A DNA stretch of 64,000 bases from Chrysomallon squamiferum (taxonomy: Eukaryota > Animalia > Mollusca): positions 40,052,001 through 40,116,000 of the forward strand of contig CM022665.1 of NCBI GenBank assembly GCA_012295275.1, read 5' to 3'. Positions 52,940 through 64,000 of this stretch are shown here, piece by piece; the stretch's first letter is position 1, and each line of letters begins with the position of its first letter. The translations under genes were made by a program, and so were the position numbers. Under the pieces are notes generated by a model. The model was not told the DNA's origin and did not search any database. It was given only the letters and a program-made list of their open reading frames with translations.

Positions 52940-53270
52940 AGAACCAGTTCAAATGTTTCCGAATTCAAGACTGATTCTTTCGGCGCTTTCTCTGTTACTC
53001 AAATATTGATGACGTTTTGTGGCTCAATAGTACGGGAAATAATTTCGCGTGTAATGTAAGTGAGAATAAATGTTAAAAAATTAACGTTGCTTGTTATTAT
53101 TTTTAAAGCTTATAAAAATTACGAATTTATCTTCATTTTCATCTGTTGCAATATAATTTAGTAATGTGAAAATTTTAGTTCTTAAGCCCTAAGTAATGCT
53201 TACGATATCATAATGCTTTTAACAAGTCAATATTCAGCAGAACTTGCAAGGCCGCTCTTCCGACTCTTCG
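52940..53270 (+). promoter_or_regulatory. Putative SETD3 promoter and non-coding first exon
   Basis: Local CpG cluster in CpG-poor surroundings; donor GTAAGT at 53056; acceptor at 53870-53871, 9 nt before the ATG. Confidence 0.5.
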
Positions 53271-53272
53271 GT

Positions 53273-53324
<52 letters not shown>

Positions 53325-53558
53325 GTATATTTTAAAGAATTATTAATTAGATAGCCACAAATAACATGGAATACGTATGCACCACTCTCAGTGAAGAAGG
53401 ATAAATCGGCAGTAAAAAAAAAGAAAGTAAAATGCCCAAATAAGGGTACTTTTGACAGATGAGTGATTCATGATGACATGAAAACTATGGTATTCAACAA
53501 TATTGTTAAACATTTCGCAAACATAATTTTTTTTAAAATTATTTTTTATTTATTTATT

Positions 53559-53600
<42 letters not shown>

Positions 53601-53880
53601 ATTTTTTTTTGTTTTATCCTGTTTTATTTCTGCATTGCAGCATCATAATTGCTTTTAGAAATTCATCATTTGTCAGTCTGTGGATCCAGTCCCTCTAAAA
53701 AAAAAAAAACCACCCCCCCCCCAACAATAACAACAACATACCTGCCATGTCTTTCATATTCTGCTGGATAGGTCACTGAAAAACATTGCACCTTTTTTTT
53801 TTTTTTTTTTTTTACTTCCAAAGGCAGCAACCAGTTAATATAATTGTAAAAATATAATTTTTCACTTTTAGACTGTCATC

Positions 53881-54131
53881 ATGGGTAGGAAACACAAAAA
53901 AGGAGGAGGAAAGGCAAGTCCTCCAAACACTGGCGATTCTGCTGAACCACCAACTTTGTCTAAGGCAGCCAAGAAAGAGGTTGGAGAACTGGTCTATCAG
54001 CTGTTACAAAGTAGGCTTGTGTATAACTTAATACCAGTATTTAATCATAATTTTAGTTTCATCTAAAAAGAAATAATAATTATTATTTTGTTTATCTCTT
54101 TACCTGTTAGTCAGTTGATAAATTTTATTAA

Positions 54132-54175
<44 letters not shown>

Positions 54176-54346
54176 GTTTTTCAGTTAGGTAACTGTTTTC
54201 ATTAGTTATTTTAGATCATATTTCATAATTTTGTTTATTTATTTATTTCGTTTTTATTTTTAATTTACTGTTATTTGCAATTTGCTGTCATCAAATGATC
54301 TATGTAACTCTTTTTATTAGTTATTTTAAATCATATTGCATGATTT

Positions 54347-54377
<31 letters not shown>

Positions 54378-57300
54378 TCTATTTATCTACAGTCTGCTCC
54401 AAGCCTGTTGCTGCAGGAGTTAAGGAACTAGAAGACCATGCAGAGATTCATAAACTGATTGAGAAAATCAGAAAACTTCAGTCACGTTAGTGTGTTCTTT
54501 CTGTCCTCCATAATTAAAAATAGCTCACAGCAAAATCAACAGAACTTAAAGTTGCACTGCTGTGCCACAGATGTCAGTGTATACTTGGCTGAAACTATGT
54601 TTGGGAGTCGAGGGGAGAGGGTGTCTCCTCCCCTAAGCATAACAAGAACTATTTTTTTTACTGCAGTGGGGTTAATCTGCTTTCTACAGTTAATATTGAT
54701 AAAATTTTGAGTGGTTATATCCACTTAACATATCAAAAAGGGTTACAAATAGTAAAATGTAATCTGAAAATATATTTAAAAAAATTATGTTTGAATCAGT
54801 AATTGTTTTTGTTGATTTAAAAGTAATATATATCACACACATAAAACAAAGATAATGTAACAGATGTTAAAGATATCTTCAGCCATTAGGAATAGCATGC
54901 TGACAGATAGTTTCAGTCTTACCTCAGCTGCTTGCAGTAAAATGTTCAGAGCAATAAAAATATATATATACTACTAGATCCATTGATAAAGTGTTCTATG
55001 TAATTTTATCATTTACATATTTAGGACACTGAAATGTAAAAATAGTTAAAAGAAACAGAATATCATTTACTGTTCCATGACTTAAAAATAATAGAAATTA
55101 CCATTTTTGGTTAAAACTTGCCTGTCATTCTCCATGTATAGTTGCAGTGGTTGGTTTTATTTTTTTTCATTTGAAATGGTAAAACTCCTAAGAAAATTTC
55201 AACATTTTCAGATTTTCATATTTTTCATTTATTGTTTATTGTCATTAAAACACACACACACACACACAAAAGATAAACTATTTAATGTTAAATCTTAGAT
55301 TTTCATCTATCATCTTTAAAAATTATATTAACATTTTTTAAATTATTTATTTACTATAGCTTTAGCAACAGCTGAGAAGAAGCGAGAAGAGTTGTTCACT
55401 CCATTCTTGGAGTGGCTCAATAAAAATGATGTGAATGCAGACAATGCTGAGATAGTCAGCTACCCTCAGTGTGGATTTGGTCTAAAAGCAAAGCAAGATC
55501 TCAAGGTAAACGCTTTCTGATTTCCTCAGTTAATTAATTTTTAATGATTAAGATATTAGATATATGCAGGTTCAGAATCCTTTATGTGGAATAGGTAAGA
55601 CAAAGCATTTGTCATTTTGGTATTTTTCAGTTTTGGGAATATAAGGATATAGCTTGAGAATAGGATCTAAGTCTAAATACAAAAACCATTTATATCTGAT
55701 ATACAGCTTATACCAATAGCAGGATTTTTAAAATGATATTTTTAATACTTTTGTGCATAAAATAAAGTCCATATTTTCAAAACAATCAGAAAACTGAACA
55801 ATTTTTTTGGATTTCAAAGCTTTTTGGATTATGGAACTTTTCAGATTTCAGAATTTCAAATCAGGGATCCTCAAGCTACATTGTAAACATTCTTCAGATA
55901 GAAATACATCAAATTTTAGATCCTAATTTTAAATTTACGACATTATTTTGTTTTATTTCTTACTTTATTTGTTTGTTTCTTAATTAGTTAATCTATTATT
56001 AGTTATTAATATTATTATTATTATTATTATTATTATATGCAAGTTATACTTATCATAACAATAGTAATTATTTCTGAATCTGAATTTTCTTTATTACCGT
56101 ATTGCACAACTTCCATAAGTAATAATTCAAATATAATTAACATAGCCATGGACTTTTGAATATGAATTTAAAATACACATTTGATAAAAAAAACCCCAGA
56201 TTAAACAGTTTGAATTAGATGTAGTTTTGGGTAATACAGTTGTCTGTAATACAGATTTTAGTTTCTTGTACTTAAACAGCATAAGAACATTTTCTATCTA
56301 AATATTCATCCGAAAATGCATAGTCAAAATAAGATGGATTCAATAAAACTTGGATTATATATAATAAAGTTTTTCATCTGGTCATATGATAATGCAGGGA
56401 TGTAAAAAAATTAAAATATTGCTTATGTCAAAATAATTAGGAGATTTTTACTTAAGTACTCTACATTATTTTTCATTTCATTCTCCTAACATACATGTAA
56501 AGTAAATTCATTTTTAGGCCTCAGAACTATTTCTCTCCATACCTAGAAAGCTGATGATGACTGTTGATTCAGCAAAGAAATCTGAACTAGGTATGTGTGT
56601 CTAATTTATCCGGGTTTAAGTTTAAAATAATTGTACTTCAGGTAAAATATCAACATGGAAAACTTCACATCACAGACTATTTTTATAAGAAATTACCTAT
56701 CATGACGTAACATCCCAAATATATTTCATATGCTGTAGTCATAATTAAAAAAAAAAAATGTATTTATTTTTATTTTTATTTTTTTCAATCTTCTAAATAA
56801 CAACTTTTGCTAATAAATTTATGAAGATTAAACACCAAACTAGAAAATGTGTATAATCTAGTATTTTCTTTTCTTTCTTTCTTTTTTTAACAATGTCATG
56901 ATTTAAACACAGTACTTTCTATCAGTTTGCCCACAGGCTGTTAGAATTTTATTGATTACCGTGAAAGATTATACATATTAATAGTTTGTATTTATTTACG
57001 TAATCCATTTCTTTCACAATTTAAAAAAAAAAGAGTTATCTTCCCTTAACTGAAATTCTTGTAACATTTAACAAAAAAACAAAGCAGATTTGTGTACAAA
57101 TTATGTATAGTTTCCACTGAGGTTACTTAAAATTAAATAATAATATAACAGTTATTTATTTTATTTCGTTTTATTTTTATATAATTTTATTTCCGTTTTT
57201 TTGTGTGTGTTTTTTAGTTTTTGTTGTTGTTGTTATTATTATAATTATATTGTAGGAGCTCTCTATGCTGAAGACAGAATGTTACAAGCAATGCCTAATG

Positions 57301-60300
57301 TAACATTAGCACTACACGTACTGTGTGAGAGAAAGAAGTCGGATTCTTTCTGGAAACCCTATATCGGTATCCTTTCACTAGTCAGATAAATTTTACTAAT
57401 TTATATTTTTATTGCTAAGTCATGCTAAAGTTTATATTAAAAAAAAAGTTTTCTTCACCAGTAAAATAAAAATTTGATGATATGCACACATATAATCCAA
57501 ATATATTTTCCATTTGCCTAAATTACTTTTATATATTATTATAACTGGTAACCAAACTTTGCTAATAATAAAGTGTAATATTTATATACTAATTACATAT
57601 TGAGTGTTTATATTTCTATACATAATCTTTGTTCATGTGCAATGTTTCTGTTACTGTCTAGGAGTTAGAGAAGCTAGGTTTGTTTTTAAGTCATTCATTC
57701 AGGTTTATTTCCTGATTTAATTCAGACATTCTTCCATCCAGCTACACGACACCATTATTCTTCAGTGTAGATGATCTTAACTGTTTGAAGGGATCCCCTG
57801 TTCATGGTAAATTTCATTACACTCTGTATTTTTCAAAATCATGTTAACTGTTTCATAAAACTGCTGATTTTTAAAACAATCTCTATTTGTGTAAACGGAA
57901 TGCCTAAATACATTTTTTTTTTTTTTAATACACTTATTTTAATTTTACTGTATGTTTCAAATTCTTGTTATCTTTTTTATGAAACTAAAATCTTTTAAAC
58001 AATATTTGTCATTTTTTATCATAGTATTTTTAATTTTCACAGTATGTTTCAAATTGATGTTATCTTTTTTATGAAACTATAATCTTTTAAAATATATTTG
58101 TAATGACAGAGTGCCTAAATATATTTTGTATCATGGTAATTTTTATTACATTATTTTTATTATTAGCATGTTTCAAAATCATGTTAACTCTTTTATGAAA
58201 CTATGTACTGTTAAACTTAAAACATACTCTCTTTGTATTCATAAAAATGAGTACCAATATACTTTCTGTATCCAAGAGATTGTTTTATTAAATATAAAAT
58301 ATGTTTTTGAAAGCACGATTTATAGTATAGCATAAAACTGATATTTTATATTATTCTTATAATTTTAGTAATATATTTTTAACTAACTTAATAATCTGAC
58401 TTGCTAGTGTTGATTTTAAAATATATGCTAAATGTATGAACAAAACATTTGAATATATTAATACTTCACATGGATTATTTTATTAAGTATAAAAAAATTA
58501 AATCGCTGTTTGCAATAAGTGAAAAAAATGTATGGAGTAATGAGTTACCTGTTTCTAATTAAACAAAACAAGTAAACAAATGAACTAATTTTCCATCCTG
58601 TATATTACACATTTTTATTAAATTATTCTTTGTTTGTTAGTTTGTTTATTTATTTATTTTATTAATTTGCAGGTGACTGTATTAGTCAGTATAGAAATAT
58701 TGCCAGACAGTATGCATATTTCTACAGACTGCTACAGGTAAATAAAATACAAATCATTTATAAACAATGTTTTACCTCAGTAAGAAAAGAGCTTAGATGA
58801 CAGTCTTGCCAATATATATCATTTAAGTTTGTTTTATTTTGTTTTGTTTATTTGTTTGTTTGTTTATTTTTTGTTCATAATGTCTGTTTCTTCATCTGTT
58901 TAAATGATTAAATAAACTCACAATTTCACTGGAATGTAAAATAGTGATGGTTAAACTGCTTCACCTTTTATTTTTATGTTTTTTTTGTATATCATTATTA
59001 TTATTATTACTATTATTATTACTACTATTGTTATAATTATTATTATTACTATTACTATTAGTAGTAGTAGTATTATTACTGTTATTACTATTATTATTAT
59101 TTTTATGATTATTAATATTATTACTACTACTACTATTATTATTATTACTATTACTGTTATTATTATTATTATTGTTATTATTATAAACAGAAAAGTGCAG
59201 CAGCTGCTAATCTTGGTCTAAAAGATAGCTTCACATATGATGATTACAGGTAATGGTTTTATTAGTCCTTTATTTTTAAATTTTTTCTTAATTCTTTAAT
59301 TTATTTTATTTATCAAATTTCTTTTTTATTTTGAACCATTTGTTTTTTAATTTTATCACATTATATATTATTTTAAATTATTATAATTTCAGAAAAAAAA
59401 AAAGTATTTTATTTTTAAAATTATATTAAAATTATGTTTTACAGATGGGCTGTGTCAACTGTTATGACCAGACAAAATCAGATTCCAAGCCCAGACGGCT
59501 CTCTATCAAGTTTTGGACTGATTCCACTGTGGGACATGTGCAATCACACTAATGGACATGTAAGTCTCTCTGTCTCTCTCCCATCAAACAATAGCTCAAC
59601 ACATTTTTCATTCACTTAAAACACACCTAACTTGAGTACGAGCTTAGAAACCTGAATTGTCTGACACAGATTCTCAGTGTGTGAGAGACTGAAACTGATA
59701 GAATGTTCTGGATGCAGATATAGTGGTGGTGGTCTCTGTTTTAAACAGTTTCAATATTAATTTGATTTTTTAAATTATAAAACAAATCTGCCTTTTCTAA
59801 TTACAGTATATCTATCTATTCTTTGTCCAGTGAAAAAAATAAAAATTAAAAATTAAAAAATTAAATAAATAAATAAATATTGGTATTTGGTGGAGATTTT
59901 GGGGTGTTTTTTTTTGTTTCTTTTTGTTTTTTTCAGTCATAATGTGATATATGTGTGAATACAGATATAAAAAAATTAATTTTGGTATACAGTTCTTTTT
60001 TCTTTTCTTTTTTAAATTTTCATTCTTTATTTATGTTTATTTTCAGTTCACTGCAGATTTCAATGTTGAGAAGGATTGTGGTGAATGTTACTGCCTGAGA
60101 GACTTTAACAAAGATGAACAGGTGTGTAAAAAATACAGTTTATTTATTTATTTATTTAATTATTTATTTATATATTCATTTATTAGTTATTTATTTATTT
60201 ATTATGACAGTGTATATGATTGATAAAATTTGTGTATGTCATATACTTTATTGTTTTTAAATGTCTACAATCAGCCATAATATCATCATTATTATCACTA

Positions 60301-62356
60301 CTATTATTATCTTCATTATCATTTGCATCATCATTACTGTCATCATCATCATTATAATTTCATTATCACCATTATTATTATTATTCCATTTCGTTCTTCA
60401 GATTTACATATTCTATGGTGCAAGATCAAATGCTGAATTTCTTGTACATAATGGATTTGTTTATCCTGAGAATGAAAATGATAGATTGTGTCTGAAATTG
60501 GGTATGTATATTCTGTCTATATATTATTTTTATAATTCAGCTCAATAAATTATAGGGCTTTATTTTTTTTATTTTATTATTTATTTATTTTTTTCAAGAA
60601 AACAGTGAAACTAATCAAAGCTAATTTGAAATGAAGTCATTAATAAATATTTTTAACAGCAGGTTTTTATTATTATTTTCTAATGATACTAATGAAAAAC
60701 AAAAACTTCGGCAGTAATTGTACAGGCAATGTTTTTATCACTAGTGTGATGGATTATTTGGGTGATAGTCTTTTCTGTCCTGTATTTTAATGAATGTCCT
60801 TGGCCATTGTGTATTACTTAACCTCTTTAAATATATTTTTTATCTTAGTTTTAATTTTTTTTTTTTTTTTTTATTATTATTATTATTTTTTTAATGCAGG
60901 AATTAGCAAAGGAGATCCTTTGTTTGGTTTGAAGTCAGAAGTATTATCTAAAGTTGGACTTGAACCGTAAGATATCATTAGTTTTATTTTGTTGTCAGTT
61001 TTATGTAGTTGTTATTTTTGTTTGTTTTTGGTGTGTTTCTTGATTTTGTTTGTGTTTTTTTCTTTATTATTCCGAATTTGCTGGTGATATCTGGTGCTTA
61101 ACTTTTATCATTCTGTAATGATGAATAATAAGATAACAAATTGTAATAAATGATTTGGCTAAGTATTTAACAGGTAGCATAATTAAATCCTGTGTTTCAG
61201 AATTACTAAATTTTATTAGTCCAAATCCTGGGATACATTTAACTACTATTTAAACTTACTCTTCTTACAGTCAATATCTAAAATAATTTGTTTCTTATTT
61301 CAGTTCCAGACTGTATTTTCTGCACTGTGGTAAAAATCCAATAGATGGAGACCTATTGGCTTTTCTTCGAGTTTTCAACATGGAGGAAGGTGAAACAAAT
61401 ATTAAAAATTAAAAATAAATTTAATTTAATATGCAAGCTATAATAAATGTAGGAAAAAGTATATTTTTTGGAGAGTAAGCTGCACATATTTTTAAAAATG
61501 TATGCTCAACATAATACCAGTGACTGAAAAAAAGTTTTATTATGATGGTATTTTTAAAGAACTTTATTATATATATCACACTCACACTCACCGACACATA
61601 TATACATATACACACAAGCACTCACCCATGAACATTCATGTATATAAATTTAAATATGTAACAAAGCACTGATATATTTGTTTACTTCAGACACTCTGAA
61701 AGAGAAGTTTTCTGGAGAAATGACAGTGGAAGACATGTTGAAACTGAAAGATCTGCGGCAACCGGTGTTACCAGAAAATGACCTCAAAGTGTGGAATTTC
61801 TTGGAGATGAGAGCCTCTCTGTTACTGAAGGCTTATCCAACTACCAGAGAGGTAACCAAAACAGTTAAATATAATTTCTCTGAATTTTTGATCTGATGTA
61901 TTAGTAATAGATGTAGAATACTGACGTCAAAATCATTCAGGACGACTAGGTGCAGTTTTTTAAATATTATTTTCACATTACTAGTTTGCTATTCAGAATG
62001 TGTCAATATTTTAATAGATTTAAAATAGTGCTTTCATTTCTGTTAAATGGTTTACTTAAAAGAATTTTTTTTTCTGCTAACTAATAAGAGCATGCATATT
62101 TTCTCGATCAGTTTTCATCATAAAACAGAAACTATATCACACGTAACAAAATGTTAAGAATCGAATTTTATGAGGTAAACAATCATTTATTTATTTGTTG
62201 TTGCAGGAGGACGAGGCTGAGTTACAGAAGGACTCACTGTCAGATGCTCACAGACTCGCGCGACAGCTCACAGTGTGTGAGAAACTCATTCTAGAAAACA
62301 CTGTAAAATATGCTGCAAAAGCAAAATCGACAGAAACTTTGGAAAACGGCAGCTAG
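53881..62356 (+). CDS. SETD3: SET domain-containing 3, actin-histidine N-methyltransferase, 15 coding exons, 503 aa
   Basis: Exons 53881-54010, 54393-54485, 55360-55505, 56518-56590, 57256-57366, 57726-57806, 58673-58737, 59191-59249, 59445-59559, 60047-60121, 60402-60501, 60900-60966, 61304-61389, 61691-61851, 62207-62356 (TAG). Motifs GFGLKA, IPRKLMMT, ARQYAYFY, RWAVSTVMTRQNQIP, LIPLWDMCNHTNG, QIYIFYGARSNAEF, LLAFLRVF. Confidence 0.97.
55567..55878 (+). mobile_element. Tigger4/Zombi (MER46)-like pogo MITE in SETD3 intron
   Basis: Degenerate TIRs CAGGTTCAGAATCCTTTAT...AGGGATCCTCAAGCTA. The internal GATCTAAGTCTAAATAC...ATATACAGCTTATAC...TTTTGTGCATAAAATAAAGT resembles the MER46B/Tigger4 consensus as recalled. 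Confidence 0.7.
57367..57725 (+). other. U12-type GT-AG intron in SETD3
   Basis: 5' splice site GTATCCTTTC at 57367; branch-like TTTCCTGAT at 57708-57716 with the A 10 nt from the 3' end; frames join (G+AC = Asp). Confidence 0.82.
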
Positions 62357-64000
62357 CACTCGTCGCTTGTTTAGTTTATAATGGAACTGTTTTTAGAAGA
62401 TAAAAAAATTGTTCATATTGAACTCCTTTTAACTTGGTTATAGTCTAAAAAATAATAATAAAAATTCAAAAATATACAATAAATGGTGAAAGTTTAAAAC
62501 ATCAGATTAACTCTTTGCACAAACCCAGAATTTATATGCTGATCCATTGAGAGTTTTATAGACAAATTTATCCACTTAGTGAATAGTGTAACTGGTTGTG
62601 AAAGTAAACTATACCTTGGCCTGTTGACTTGTGCACAACACCTTTTAAATAATTTATTATCTAAAAAGTAAACAGCTTTATTTTTGCATACATTTATCAA
62701 CCATTTTGTCCTGATTTTAAAAATGATCATAGTTTATTTGTCCAAAAATGATTACTCTGTAATTATAATATTACACTGGTCCACTTCACTTACTCTACTG
62801 TGTTGAACAAATTCATCAGCATTATAAACTGGGGACATTATCTATCTAGTCAATTGAATAAACTTTGAATTATTGAACCATTTTGTCTACATTTTAAAAT
62901 ATAAATTTTGGATCTATATTAATTTTGTATTTCTTTAAGTGTGTGTGTGTGTGTGTGTGATTGTTTTTTTTACAGGAAATAAATATAATTTCTTAACATT
63001 TCAGAAGATATGTGTAATGTCCGATTCACTCATGAAAATGGTAATGTAATACTGCAAGTAGATCATTGTCTGGCCCCCTAGTGAAAGAGAATTTAAGGAG
63101 GGAGGGTGCATGATGATAGACCAGTGCAAGCACCAAAACCCATATTTCCTGTAACATATATACATATGTGTAAAATATATATAATTTTTTGGGGTATACC
63201 TACACTTTATCAATTTTTTAAATTAAATAGTTCCAGGGGTAACAGCCATTTTTATTTTATATATATATTTTTTTTATATATACGTGGCTTATATAATGTG
63301 AATTGTTATTGCGGAGAATATTGCTTGTTTGTAGACAGCTACAGTCATCATTACACCAGCATTTGCTCAAAATTTAGAACTATGATAAATCTCTGAAGAT
63401 GAGACAAGCTATTCAACATAACACATCTAACTGTAGTTATATATTTTTATAGTTAGATATATTTAATACTGCAAAAATTGACTTTTTAGGAAAGTGTATT
63501 TTATATTGAAATTTTAAAAGCTCACATATTCAGTAGTATGAATTGTTGCTTTTCAACATTAAACTGGATTGAAACTTTTATGTTTAAGTCATATATGTTA
63601 TACACTGGAGTGTGTTTATGTATGTATGTATGTGTGTGTGTGTGAGTATGTGTTTATATATACATATAGTTTTTATTGTTTATTTTTATTATACCAAATG
63701 TATATTTCCTTTTTTGCTGTGATTTGCGTGGCTTGTAGAAGATACCTGTGTAATTATACTTCATTCTTAAATATAAACAGAAATGTGTTTTCATAAGTTA
63801 ATAAACACTTTTACGTCATGGTTAAATGTTTTGTCATTTTATATATAACCTTTTTTTTTTTTTTTTTTTTTTTTTTCTTGATTGTTACCACTGGCTGGAT
63901 TAAAGATGAAATTTTGCAATTATAGGATTTGTTATCTGTTTTAAAATTCAATTTATCCAGGTATATTTGTAGTGTTTTTGTATTTTGGTCATTTTATTTT

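Overview
AT-rich, microsatellite-rich animal genomic DNA with spliceosomal introns and one 200-N gap (38118-38317). A mollusc-like invertebrate is inferred from SINE/LINE types and gene structure. Three conserved multi-exon genes were reconstructed by hand: MAN2C1 (cytosolic GH38 alpha-mannosidase, minus strand, 27 exons, 8893-35880, N-terminal exons absent and one exon garbled), CCNK (cyclin K, plus, 8 coding exons, 41681-50035) and SETD3 (actin histidine methyltransferase, plus, 15 coding exons, 53881-62356). CCNK and SETD3 each have a U12-type GT-AG intron, and MAN2C1 has a GC-AG intron. Between MAN2C1 and CCNK lie a decayed Penelope-like retroelement with an SGNH-like ORF and a minimal hammerhead ribozyme (36539-36576, minus), and a candidate spliced 66-aa microprotein gene divergent from CCNK. 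Other notable points: three Tigger4/Zombi-like MITEs resembling the mammalian element, tandem repeats seeded from exon-intron junctions, Arg-to-Cys changes at conserved MAN2C1 motifs, and a vertnin/OTU-like relic inside the CCNK U12 intron. Most entries in the supplied ORF track are microsatellite artefacts.
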